Assembly: GCA_034780895.1 (NCBI GenBank)
Contig: JAUZTB010000071.1
Span: 23,477,587 to 23,541,586 of the forward strand
DNA length: 64,000 nt
Direction: 5' to 3'
Source: Rhynchobatus australiae
Taxonomy: Eukaryota
The translations under genes were made by a program, and so were the position numbers. The stretch's first letter is position 1. Each line of letters begins with the position of its first letter. Shown piece by piece: positions 1-11,970 of the stretch. The notes under the pieces are model-generated. The model saw only the letters and a program-made list of their open reading frames with translations, searched no databases and had not been told where the DNA came from.

Positions 1-1005
1 GAACAGGCTCTTCAGCCCATCATGTTTGTGCTGACCAAGATGCCAATCTAACTAAATCCATCTGCTTGTACATAGTCTGTATTTGTCTATTCCCTGCCTG
101 TTTGTGTGTCTAACTGCCTCTTAAACTCTACTGTCATATCTGCTTCTACCGCCTCCCCGGGCAGGCACCTCCCACCCTGTATAAAATGAAAACTTTCCTC
201 CTTTAAACCATACCCCTCTCACCTCTAACCTATGCCCTCTAATATTTGACATTTCCATGCTGGGAGAAAAGACTGAATTTCTTCCCCGTCTATGCCTCTC
301 ATAATTTTACATACAGCTATCAGGTCACCCCCTAAGCCTCTGACACTCTGGAGAAAACAATCCAAGTTTGTCCAATCTTTCCTTATTGTTAATACACTCC
401 AATCCAGGCAACATCCTGGTGAATCTCTTCTGTACCCTCTTCAAAGCCTCCACATCCTTCCTATAGTGTGCAACCAGAACTGCACACAATACTCCAAATA
501 TGGCCTAACCAAAGCTTTATGCAGCTGCAAAATGACTTCCCAGCTTTTATACTCAATGCCCTGACCAATGCTGTATGCCTCCTTTCCCCTCCTATCCACT
601 TGTGTTGCTTCTTTCAGGGAACTATGGGCTTGCATTCAAGATCTCCCTGTACATTAGTGCTCCTGAGGTTTCTACCACTTATTGTATATTTTTTTCTTGC
701 ATTTAGTCTCTCAAAATGCATCACTTCACACTTGTCCAGATTAAACTCCATCTGCCACTTCTCTGCCTATATTTCCAACTGATCTATATCCTGCTGTATC
801 CCTTGACAACTGTCCTCACTATCCACAACTCCCCTAACTTTCAAGTCATATACAAACTTAACAATCAGACCACCTATATTGTCATCCAGATCATTAATAT
901 ATGTTATAAACAACAGAGGTATCAGCACTGATCCTTGCAGAACACCACTGGTCAAAGACGTCCAGTCAGAGAAACACCTCTCTACCACTACCTTCTGTCA
1001 TCTAT
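1..1005 (-). mobile_element. CR1 (HER1-like) LINE, RT C-terminal part and 3' UTR, degenerate
   Basis: Minus-strand fragments SGVLQGSVLIPLLFITYINDLD...KFVYD (decayed QGSVLGP/FADD), LVRPYLEYCVQFW; 3' UTR motif gaacaggctcttcagccca. Confidence 0.92.
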
Positions 1006-1105
1006 NNNNNNNNNNNNNNNNNNNNNNNNNNNNNNNNNNNNNNNNNNNNNNNNNNNNNNNNNNNNNNNNNNNNNNNNNNNNNNNNNNNNNNNNNNNNNNN
1101 NNNNN

Positions 1106-1372
1106 CAAGTTCAAGTTCAAGTTACTTTATTGTCATTCATCCATGCTATAAAAACACATGGCGGAACGAAATGTCATTTCCCCCAGACTCACACAACAGA
1201 GGACACACATAGAACAGAAGGCGTACAATAAACACAAACAAAAACTGTGTAAGTACAAATAGTGCAAAAACAAAGCATAAAATACAAATTTAGTGCAGAG
1301 TTAGTGCAAAACTGAGTGGACGGAGAAAAATACAAAGCTCAGTGTGTTGTACTAACTGTATAAAGATGTTCA
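1106..1372 (-). mobile_element. Rex1/Babar-like LINE 3' tail inserted in the CR1
   Basis: (caagtt)3 tail followed by tttattgtca and tagtgcaaaa, resembling the Rex1 tail at 8200-8320. Confidence 0.55.
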
Positions 1373-2568
1373 GCATCCACTGCCCTACCTTAATCTATTA
1401 TCTTTGTCACTTCTTCAAAAATCTCAATCAAATTTGTGAGATAGGACCTCCCCTGCACAAGGCCATGCTGACCTTCCCTAAGAACTCCATGTTTTCCAAA
1501 TGCAAGTAAATCCTGTCCAAGACTTTTATCAAATAATTTCCCTACCACTGATGTAAGAAGGCTCCTGGCCTACAATTTCCTTGTTTGTCCCTGTTGCCCA
1601 TTTTAAACAAAGGAAAAACACAGGCCATTCTCCAGTTTTTTGTCACCTCCCCTTTGGCTAAAGAGGATACAAAGATCTCCATCAAGGCCCCAGCAATCTC
1701 CTCTCTTGCCTCCCTGGGATAGATCTCATCATGCCCTTAGGATTTATCCACCATAATGTTTTTCAAGTGACCCATGTCAGATGTGGAATTACCCCCAGTC
1801 AGTCATTCCCAATCTACTTTCCCCAGTTCCTGCCTAATTCTGTTGCAATTAGCCTTCCCTAAATTTATCACTTTCATCTGAGAAACAGTGTTATCCATAA
1901 CTATCTTAAAACTCACAGAATTATGGTCACTTTTCCCAAAATACTCCCCCCTTGAACCTGCTCATTCCCCAGTACAAGATCCAGTATAGCCCCTCCCTGG
2001 TTGGAATATCTACATATTGTTTCAAGAAAACCCCCTGGATGCACCTAATAAACTATGTCCCATCAATCTGTTCCTCTGTCTCCCACTGGCTATTGGGAAG
2101 GTACAGTATAACCCTAAAATAGTGATTGTACCTTTGTTATTTCTCAGGTCTATCCATATGGCCTTCCTGCACGAGCCCATTAAGGTGTCCTCTTTAAGTG
2201 CAGCTGTGACATTCTCCTTAATCAGTAATGAAACGCCCCCATCTGTTTTACACCTAGTCTGAAACATCTAAACCACTGACCACTGAGCTGCCAGTCCTGC
2301 CCTTCCCTCAACCAAGTTTCTGTAATGGCTACAATATTTGTAGTTTCATGTACTAATCCAGGCTCTAAACTCGTCTGCCTTACCAGTTATACTCCTTGCA
2401 TTAAACTAAATACACTTCAGACCATCTGTCCCACAATGGACATTAACCTAGTCCTGCCTGCTCTTCCTCTTAGACTTACATGACAGAACCTTTACATTCT
2501 CTTCAATGTCTCTTCCTGCTGACCCACTGCTTTCATTCCCGCCCCCCTGCCACACTAGTTTAAACCCT
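1373..2568 (-). mobile_element. CR1 LINE continuation: RT N-terminus, APE endonuclease, ORF1/ORF2 junction, with internal deletions
   Basis: ORF 2022-2267 GGVSLLIKENVTA...AIWIDLRNNKGTITILGLY; junction motif ggtttaaactagtgtggcagggg on minus; similar to 51200-51600. Confidence 0.88.
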
Positions 2569-5074
2569 GTAGAATAAAGAGGATATGTTGTGGAAGATTA
2601 AAAGGTCCATGAAAACATAGTCAGTTGTGACATTGAATGATGACAAATCTCATGTCCAAGTGCTCAAGTACTGTGGCTCCAATACCACTTGATGTTCCTT
2701 TTTCCCGATCTGTTGCTCCCTGTTGTGCATCATCTGTAAAAACTGAAAATGAATAGGGAATTTTAGTGAAGGAAAATGATCTTCCAGTGACCCGGGTTCA
2801 TTACTTTTGCTGAATTTACATCTTGGTTTTCTGACTCGGCAGCAGAAATATGTAATGGAATAAACCTTTGTTCTGTTATCAGTCGTTTAATTTTCACATG
2901 GACTAGAGTTGCAGTGTAACTCATTCATTATTGACTGTGCAGTAAAGCTAAGTTCAGCTGGTCTCCTGAGGCCACTGGTGAAGGCTGTGCAATGCAATAT
3001 CTCAATGTTTACTCCAAGCTATTTTTTCAGGTGTTTGACCAAATGTAGCACAAATTCACATGTGTGTAGCCTCAGTTGAAAGCAGTACAGTTGCCCTTTG
3101 GTTTCTTCCTTCACCAGAAACCTTCTTAAAGAATTCATGAATTAATTTCAATTATTTTTTCAACAGTCAGAGAAACAGAACTTCCAGAGCCTTCAGAATA
3201 AGCTTTGAATTTAACCCTAACACTAAAGCATTTTCTTATCCTTAACTAAGTGTATACCCAATNNNNNNNNNNNNNNNNNNNNNNNNNNNNNNNNNNNNNN
3301 NNNNNNNNNNNNNNNNNNNNNNNNNNNNNNNNNNNNNNNNNNNNNNNNNNNNNNNNNNNNNNCCCAATCAGTCTAGATTTTTTTAATCACTTTATTTATC
3401 AGGTTCCAATTGGTAACAATCTCCAGGTCGAGTAACCGAAAGTCCCATTTTTTCAGAGTGATGGGGGCTAATGGGATGGAGGAAGGGTTGGAAGTGAGCG
3501 CTTTGTGTGTGGAGGATTTCTTCTGCGCATTCTTTTTGTTGAGCATTTCTCCACAGAGTTTACAGAGGACAGAGCTTCCAATTTTGACATCCTGACCTTG
3601 GACATTTAGGGGCCTGAAAAATGATCGATGGCTCTGCTATGTTAATCCATTGATGCACATTTTAAAAGTGACGGGCTTAATCAAGGACCCAGCACTTATA
3701 AATTCTGCAGACCCGAGGCGTGGGGGTGCCATTGGGTAACTCCAGCACACATGCTGCACGATCGTGGACAGCATAAAGGAACCTGGTTTCTGTCTGAGAG
3801 TGGGACCAGGTCCAGGGAAGTGCTTGCAAGTGATAAAGACCCCTCCATTCAGTGGTTGGCAGGTTGGATCAGGGCCTGGGGTGGTAGTGTTGGGGAGGGG
3901 TTGACAGATGGGGGTCCCAGTGCCAAACTGGGTCCTGCTCCGGGACCCTCAGTTTAAATCACAATGTTGCAGAGGAAGCAGTAGATGTTCCGAGAGCACC
4001 CAATGGCCAGTACACCTCAGCACCTCGTGGACGAACTTTCCTAGCAAAGCTTTAAAGCAGAACAGCACAGGGAAAGAAGTACAACATCTAAGGTGGAAAA
4101 CGCAATCTTGCTACAGACATGAATCGCATCAATGCACCCAGCTGAATTTCAGAGGGCTCAATTCAAACAGGAAATAATTGTTCCATTCTGGATTGTTGGT
4201 TTTCATGTGCATAGTGTTGAAAAAGTACTGCGCTGTCTGAATTTCTAGGCTAGCATTTTTATTTAAAAGCTTTTAAGAATAAAAATCTGTGCAGAAAAGA
4301 TCAGATGTGTACACTGATATTGGCACAGACCAGCTAGCATCTGGACTGAAGTTGGTCCTGACTGCTTTAAGTTTCCAAATCCCTTTTGTTTATTTTCCAG
4401 TTCTGCATTAAGTTTTTAAGTACGGGCTTCTCTGAGCAGTTCTTACGAATATCAACTTTGATGGGAGCAGATGGAGCAACAAAGTTTCTAAGTGTAGAGT
4501 CCCATGACGGTTGGCAAATCAGGTTAAGATTAAAATTAAAGCTAACGTAAATCAAGTTAAAGTTGAAATTAGTCATGGCGGCCAGTTTTGAAGAGCCACA
4601 AAAACTGAATTTTATGGTAGAAAATGAAGAAAGACGTGAGGGAGTTCAGTGTGTATTGCAGTTTTTCCAACCATTATTTCAGGGCATGCCAGGTGCACTT
4701 GGCAATGAGGAGCTGCTTTTGTACTGAGGATTAACAAGGTGGTTGCAGATCTGTGCTCCCCATTACAGGGAAAGCTGCAACCCACCATACGAGTCACCAG
4801 TGACCACACACAATGGAGTTAGGCTGTGATGGGATAGTTTAACATGGAACTGCCTTTGAAGACGCAAGTGTGTCAGTTCATATGAATGTAATATGTGGCT
4901 TGAACATAACACTTCCTGGGGTATCCCAGGTATGGTCAGCAATGAACAATCTGGTGTGCCAAAAGGGTCTTAGCCTGGGTCAATGCAGAACATGGAACAC
5001 TCTACCCTACGTAAAATTTGGACCATCTACCTGATAAGTATCAGCATAGAGCACTCTTGCCTGGTCAGCACCTC

Positions 5075-6300
5075 AATATTTGTGGAGGTAACTAAGAAAA
5101 ATGATGAAGGCCGTATTGTAGTCGTGATTTACATTGACTTCAGAAAGGCTTTTGAGAAGGTCCTGTGCAGTAGGATGGTCCAGAGGTTAAGGCACAAGAG
5201 ATCCAAGGCACATTGACAAACTGGATCTAAAATTGGCTTGTTGACAGGAGGCAGAGGGTAGTGGTGGAAAGGTGTTTTTTTGACTGCAAGTCTGTAACAA
5301 GTGGTGTACTGCAGGGATATTATATATAATATTATATATCATATATTATAAACAACAATGGTGCTGGTACCATTGCATTCAAATCAAATGATTTGAATGA
5401 GAATGTAGGTGGTCATATTAATTAGTTTGCAGATGACGTGAAATTTGGTGGAGCTGTAGATAGTGAAGAAGGTGATCTAAGAACACAGTGGGACATAGAT
5501 CAGCTGGAAAGTTGGGCAGACCAGTGGCAAATGGAACTTATTCCAGACAGTGCAAGGTAATGCACTTTGGAGGTCAGATTCTGGTAGCACATACAGAGTA
5601 AATGACAGGTATCTTTAGAGTATTGATGTACAAAGGAACCTTGGGGTGCAAATCCATAGCTTGCTGAAAGTGGTGACACAGGTGGATAGGGTAGTGAAAA
5701 AGGCATTTGGAATGATTGCTTTCATAGGCTGAGGCATTAAGTATAAGTGTTAGGATGTCATTTGCATTTGTACAATATATTGGTTTGACCACAATTGGAG
5801 TATGTGTATAGTTCCAGTTGCCACCCTACAGGAAGCTTTGGGTTTCCATGGAGAGAGAGCAGCAGAAATTCACAAGGATGTTGCCTGGAATGGAGGCCTG
5901 TAGTTATAAGGAGAAATTGGATAGGCTCACTGGAACATAGGAGGCTGAGGGATGACCTTATAGAGATTTATAAAATTATGAAGGGCATAGATAGGATGGA
6001 TAGTCAGAGTCTTTTTTTTCAAGGCCAGGGGAGTCTAGAACTAGAGGGAGTATATTCAAGGTGAAAGGGAAAAAATTAAAGGAGATCTGAGGGTTAAGTT
6101 TTTCACAAAGAGTGGTGAATATCTGGCTGCCAGAGGAGGTAGGGGAGGCAGATACAATTACGATGTTTAAAAAGCATTTAGGAAAGTACTTAAACAGGAA
6201 ATGTGTAGAGGGATATGGGCCTAATGTGGGCAAATAGAATTAGTACAAATAGGCATCATGGTCAGCATGGACAAGGTGTGTTGAAAGAGCCCATCTCTGT
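5075..6300 (+). mobile_element. CR1 (HER1-like) LINE, 5'-truncated, RT to 3' UTR
   Basis: VIYIDFRKAFEKV, FADD (tttgcagatgac near 5426), RRLRDDLIEIYKIMKGIDR; stops and frameshifts. Confidence 0.93.
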
Positions 6301-6472
6301 ATCTTCCAGGGACGCCTACCCTGAAGAAGCTTTCCTCTAAACTGACGAAGGGTCTCGGCCTGAAACGTCGACTGTTTATTTCCCTCCATAGATGCTGCCT
6401 GACTTGTTGAGCTCCTTCAGCACTTTTTTGTGTATTGCTCCAGATTCCAGCATCTGCAGAAATTCTTGTGTC
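6301..6472 (+). mobile_element. Penelope-derived short element with hammerhead motif, 11-bp TSD
   Basis: ctgacga-agggtctcggcct-gaaac-gtc-gact at 6342-6373; body gatgctgcctgac; cccatctctgt at 6290-6300 and 6473-6483. Confidence 0.8.
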
Positions 6473-6565
6473 CCCATCTCTGTGCTGTGATTGTAAGATT
6501 AATTGATTCTACGACTTGCCAGATTGAGGCATCCCATGAGTGATTGCACTCTTGCTTCTGAGTCA

Positions 6566-6895
6566 GTCATAGAGTGATAGAACATGGAAGCAAGCCCCTT
6601 GATGCATTGAGTCTGTGCCAACTACCAAGCACCATTTACATGAATCCCATTTTATTCTCCCCACGTTCCCCTCAACTCCCCTCAGATTCTACCACTCATC
6701 TGTGCAGCATGGGCAATTTACATGAGCCAATTAATCGACTACCCTGTGCGTCTTTTGGATGTGTGAGGAAACCTGAACACCCAGAGGAGACCCATACTGT
6801 TTCAGGGAGGATGTACAAAATCCACACAGTAGCACTGGAAGTCAGGATCGGACCTGGGTTACTGGAGCTGTGAGGCGGCAGCTCTGCTAGTGTGA
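6566..6895 (-). mobile_element. HE1-like V-SINE
   Basis: V-domain (ggatgtgtgaggaaacctgaacacccagagg), tRNA-like head at right end, CR1-like tail at left end. Confidence 0.85.
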
Positions 6896-6899
6896 ATCT

Positions 6900-7013
6900 C
6901 CACCCAAAATGTTGACTGTTTATTTCCTTCCATAGATGCTGCCTGACCTGCTGAGTTCCTCCAGTAATTTGTCTGTGTTGCTCCAGATTCCAGCATCTGC
7001 AGAAGCTCTTGTG
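6900..7013 (+). mobile_element. Penelope-derived short element, 5'-truncated
   Basis: gttgactgtttatttccttccatagatgctgcctgacctgctgagttcctccag. Confidence 0.8.
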
Positions 7014-7425
7014 CCATCCTCCATAGTTAAGGGTGCAAGNNNNNNNNNNNNNNNNNNNNNNNNNNNNNNNNNNNNNNNNNNNNNNNNNNNNNNNNNNNNN
7101 NNNNNNNNNNNNNNNNNNNNNNNNNNNNNNNNNNNNNNNTGACCAAATGTGAGAGTTTGCTTTGAGGACAATATCAGGTTTAAAATGTGTCACTGCAAGC
7201 AGAAAGGAAGGCACTGAAGTTCTTTGTGTTGTATCAAAGATGGGATATTGGAGTGAGGAAGGGTGAAAGTGATCATGTTGACATTAGAACAGTACACCTT
7301 CGGCTCACGACTTAAGAAAGTTTCTGCAGGATTGGCATATAAAGTGAGAGAGCTAAAGACAGGTCAATTAAGTTCAGTTACCACAGTGATGGGTGCTCTA
7401 TACTGGTTCTTTCCTGGTGCCAGCT

Positions 7426-7500
7426 ACACACACACACACACACACACACATTTATTTATCTATTTATTTATTCATCCATTTATTTATTTATTAATTAATT
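7426..7500. repeat. (CA)n followed by (TTTA)n microsatellite
   Basis: Read directly. Confidence 0.95.
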
Positions 7501-7770
7501 AGTCGCATGTACATTGAAACACACAGTGAAGTGTTCTTTTTGCGTTAACAACGGGGGCAGTCTGCAAGTGTTCCCACACTTCCGGCACCTACATTGCATG
7601 CACACAACTTCCTAAACTGTATGTCTTTGGAATGTGGGAGGAAACTGGAGCACCCGGATGAAATCCACGCAATCAAGGGAAGAATGTACAAACTCCTTAC
7701 AGACAGCGGCCAGAATTGAATCTGGGTCGCTGGCGCTGTAATAGCGTTACGCTAACTGCTACACTATGTG
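7495..7770 (-). mobile_element. V-SINE with non-CR1 (Rex1-like) tail
   Basis: V-domain ggaatgtgggaggaaactggagcacccgg...gtacaaactcc; tail gtcgcatgtac...acagtgaa. Confidence 0.8.
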
Positions 7771-8197
7771 CAAGGTACTTCAGAGTTGGTGGCACTGACA
7801 AAACTGCACTCTAATGTGAATCATCTCTGACTTTGGAAAGGAAGGCAAAAATTGGAAAGAGAAAGAACAAAAGAACATCAAATATTCACGTTATTTATTG
7901 GAGGAAAGCTCAAATACTACCAATGGCAGAAGCAATACCAACAGCAAGACCTGGTGGCATTGATAGTTCTTGACAATATTTTCATTGAACACTTATCTAG
8001 ACATCCGGAAAAGAACTGTGATTGGAGTTTTCTGAAAAATTCTTTCTTTAATTTTTGCTTTACAAATGCAATTTTGGCTTTCTTTGGGGCATTTAAATTT
8101 CTCAAAATACCAGCGCAAATTCAAAAGGAAATGGTTACATTAAATTACACCTGCTGTGCTCTGAGTTAAGTACTCATTGTGCAAGATCCTTCACATT

Positions 8198-9238
8198 ATT
8201 AGAATCAGAGTCAGGTTTATTACCACTGACATATGTTGTGAAATTTGTTGTTTTGCGGCAGCAGTACAGTGCAAAGACATGAAAATTATTTTAAGTTACA
8301 AAATTAAATAAATAGTGCAAACGAGGAATAACGAGGTTGTATTCATGGGCTCACAGACTGTTCAGAAATCTGATGGCAGAGAGGAAGAAGTTGTTCCTAA
8401 AATGTTGAGTGTGGGTCTTCAGGCTCCTGTACCTCCTCCCCGATGGTAGTAATGTGAAGAGGGCATGTCCCGGATGGTGAGGGTCCTTAATGATGGATGC
8501 CAGCTTCTTGAGGGACCACCTCAAGATGTCCTCCATGGTGGGGAGGGTTGTGCCCATGATGGAGCTGGCTGAGCCTACAACTCTCTGCAGCCTCTTTTGA
8601 TCTTGCACATTGGAGCCTCCATACCAGGTGGTGATGCAACTAGTCAGAATGCTCTCCACCATACATCATAAATCCGTGCTGACTATGGACTTCCAATAAG
8701 GAAGTCGAGGATCCCATTGCAGAGGAAGATACAGAGGCCCAGGTTTTGAAGCCCGTTGATTAGTACTGAGGGACGATTGTGTTGAATGCTGAGCTGTAAT
8801 CAATAAACAGCAGCCTGATGTACGTTTTGCTGTTGTGTAGGTGCTTCAAAGCCGAGTGAGATTCTGTCCACTGTAGACCTATTGTGGCAGCAGGCAAATT
8901 ACAGCAGGTCCAGGTCCTTGCTCTGGTAGGAGTTAATTCTCGCCATAACCAACCTCTCAAAGCACTTCATCACAGTAGATGTGAGTGCTACCGGATGATA
9001 GTCATTGAGGCAGCTCACCCTGCTCTTCTTGGGCACCGGTATTATTGATGCCCCTTTGAAGCAGGCAGACTTCAGCAGTGAGAGGTTGAAGATGTCCTTG
9101 AACACTCCAGCTTGTTGGTCATCACAGATTGTCAGTAACCTGCCAGGTACACTGTCGGGGCCTGACACCTGTGACGGTTCACCCTTTTGAAGGATGTTCT
9201 GACATCAGCCTCCAAAACAGAGATCACAGGGTCACCAG
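8198..9238 (-). mobile_element. Rex1/Babar LINE, RT fragment and 3' end
   Basis: GPDSVPGRLL...IIPVPKK...[21 protein letters not shown]; [16 protein letters not shown]; ESILTSCITTWYG...HPGHALFTLLPSGRRYRS. Confidence 0.93.
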
Positions 9239-9249
9239 ATGCTGTGGGA

Positions 9250-9312
9250 TCTGTTTCTCTTTCCACAGATGCTGCCTGACCTGCTGAGTGTTTCCAGTAT
9301 TTATTGTTTTAT
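9250..9312 (+). mobile_element. Penelope-derived short element fragment
   Basis: ccacagatgctgcctgacctgctgagtgtttccag. Confidence 0.7.
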
Positions 9313-9789
9313 TGCAAATTCCTGGCCTGTTAGTCTTCAGATTTTCATGGAATTTATTACACACATCCTCTTCCTAAATCTGTCAGTTTTTGTCTCTTGC
9401 CCTGGTTACTCTTACACAGTAGCAACCTTATCTAAAATATTCAGTTTATATTCTTCAGTTGCTGGCTATTTTTCAATTACAACTCATTTTATTCCTGTCT
9501 GTCCATCGCTGCTTAAATAAATCATTATTTAGGCTGTAAGTGATTGGTTAATTGGCAATTCCACATAATTTGTCATCGCAGGTTGTTTCAAATTACAGGT
9601 TATTTGCAAATGCATTTCTTTAATTTTAATTCCCATTTGACTGTGTCCTTTACATAGAATCAAGTTATTGGATGAATCAATATTTTACTGAAAAATCCAA
9701 TCTTTGAATTAGCAAAAGTATTTTATGTTAGTAACCCAGCTGAAATGCCAAAGGTTCATATTCACTTGCATATTTTTCATATTTTCTTA

Positions 9790-10050
9790 TGACATAGAAG
9801 GAGGCCATTTGGCCCATCGTCTCTGCCAGGTCTCCTATCAATCCCATTCCCCCTTTTATTTTGTCTCTTCTTCCCTCTCACCTGCTCATTAACTCCACCA
9901 TGATTCTCTTACCATTCACCTATGCAATGGGTCTATTGACTCGCCAACCATCTTGTCTTTGAGAAGTGGGAGGAGACAAGAACACTTGGGGAAATCCCAC
10001 GTGGTCACAGGAAGAAAGTGCAACCTCCACACAGGTAGCACCAGACGTTA
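9790..10050 (-). mobile_element. HE1-like V-SINE
   Basis: gtgggaggagac...cccacgtggtcacaggaagaaagtgcaacctccacac; tail ggaggccatttggccc. Confidence 0.8.
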
Positions 10051-10679
10051 CGACTGACCTGAAACTTTAATGCTGTTTCTCTTCTCGCAGATGCAGCCTA
10101 ACCTGAAAAGACTCTGAATTTTACTTGTCCATTGTAAAATTTGTATTTCCTTTTCCAATCCAGAACATTAATGTCTAGTCACTTTTTTTTCTGTTTAGAA
10201 GCAGCCTCCTTACCTAGTCAGCCAATCACGTCTAGGAGGCATTGTGGAAATAAATGCAAAAACTTTAGAAGATTTTGGTTAGCTCCGCCGCTTGGAAGGG
10301 TTAAGGCACAAAACTACTATCTGAGGTATAACACTGAGAGTGGGTGGAAAACACTTTACAAGCTGAATACCATGGCATGCCACGATATATTATCAACATT
10401 CATGCCAATACTTCACTTGCCAGTATATAGTTTGGGTTCTGCCAGGAGTACTTCACTCTAGACTTGAGTGCAGTTTTAATCCAAAGGTGAACGTGAGCTG
10501 AATTCAAGCGGGGAGGTGAGAGTAATTATCCTTAAAACCAAGGCATCATTGGAATAAAGGCGCAAAGTCTCCACTGAAACCAAAATCACTGAGGATCAGG
10601 GGAACCTATTCTGTGGATAAAAAGTTAACAATACAAGTGAAGATTGTTGTAGATACAAGAGCAGGGTGTTGGCACAAAG

Positions 10680-10780
10680 TGTAACTATTTCTTTGCCTCC
10701 ACAGATGACACCTAACCCACTGAGTTCCTCCAGTAGCTTGTTTGTTGCTTTGAAGATAGTTGTGGTGTTTGCAGTCTTAT
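10680..10780 (+). mobile_element. Penelope-derived short element fragment
   Basis: ctccacagatgacacctaacccactgagttcctccag. Confidence 0.65.
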
Positions 10781-11066
10781 CTCAGCCAAGAATTTGATGT
10801 CCTGGTCCCACCCATCTCCAGTTGCTTTATCATGATGTAAGAAATGGGTTTGTTTGCTGATTGTGCATTGTTCAGTTCTGTTTACAACTTCCACATGCAG
10901 CAGAAGCTAGATAATGTTTGGGTTTCAGCCACCTGAATGATTATTTGCATCAAAGTAGAGCCTATCCAACTCCTCTGAACTTCAATGGCATTACCATTTC
11001 TGCACTACCTCCATCTACATCCTGTGGTGTCATTGTTTACCTGAATCTCAATTTGACCAGCCAAAT

Positions 11067-11342
11067 TGGTGCAGCTGGTAGAGCTGCAATGTCACAGCTC
11101 CAGTGACCTGGGTTCAGTCCTGACCTCTGGTGTTGTCCGTGTGAACTTTGCACCTTCCCCCTATGACTATTTGTGGGTTTCTTCTGGTTTCCTCTCACAT
11201 CCCAAAGGCATGCCGGTTGATGGGTTAATTGGGCACTGTAAATTACGCCTAATATTCAAGTGATCGATATTGGGGGGGAGTTGATGGGAATGTGCGTAGA
11301 ATAAAATAGGATTGGTGTAAATGAATGTTTGATGGTCAGTGC
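11067..11342 (+). mobile_element. HE1-like V-SINE
   Basis: A-box-like tggtgcagctggt, B-box-like ggttcagtcc, V-domain ggtttcctctcacatcccaaag. Confidence 0.88.
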
Positions 11343-11429
11343 AGGGTATAAATACTGTGATCAGAGGACTGGTATTGGGACAAATAGTTCAGCTTCTGAT
11401 TGCCAAATGTCTTTCTACCTTTTGCATAT

Positions 11430-11970
11430 AAATTGGTATATTATTGTCACATGTACCAAGGTACAGTGAAAAACTTTGTTTTGTATGCCATCCATGCAGA
11501 TCACATCATCACATCAGTATATTGAGTTAGTATAAGGGAAAAGCAGTAACAAGGTGCAGAATATAATGTTACATTTACAGAGAAATGTTACATGTAGGCA
11601 GACAATAAGGTGAAAGGCCATGACGAAGTAGATTGTGAGGTCAAGAATTGATCTTATCGTACAAGAGGTCAGTTGACTAGTCTTATAACAGTGGGTTAGA
11701 AGCTGTCGTTGAGTTTGGTGGAACGTGCTTTCAGGCTTATGTTTCTGCTGCCCATTGAGAGGGGAGGAGAAGAAACAATATCCGGGGTGGAAGGGGCCTT
11801 TGCTTACGCTGGCTGCTTTACCAAGGTAGCGAGAAGTGGAGACAGAATCCATGGAGGGAAGCCTGGTTTTCATGATGTGCTGAGCTGTGTCTACAACTCA
11901 CTGCAGTTTCTTATGGTCTTGGGTAGAGCTGTTGCGTGATGCTTCCAGATAGGATGCTTTCTGTGGTGCC
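11430..11970 (-). mobile_element. Rex1/Babar LINE 3' end
   Basis: LPSMDSVSTSRYLGKAASVSKGPFHPG; tail ttattgtcacatgtaccaaggtacagtgaaaa. Confidence 0.82.

Noticed and set aside
3376-3636. 87-codon open minus frame with LCKLCGE (CxxC) and an acceptor-like ttttcag
   Set aside because: Length is within the chance range shown by the ORF track; no recognisable domain.
8351-9168. RT ORFs as an active or domesticated reverse transcriptase
   Set aside because: Broken into several frames with deletions; ordinary dead Rex1 copy.
11067-11125. tRNA-like A/B boxes
   Set aside because: SINE head running into the V-domain; no complete cloverleaf.
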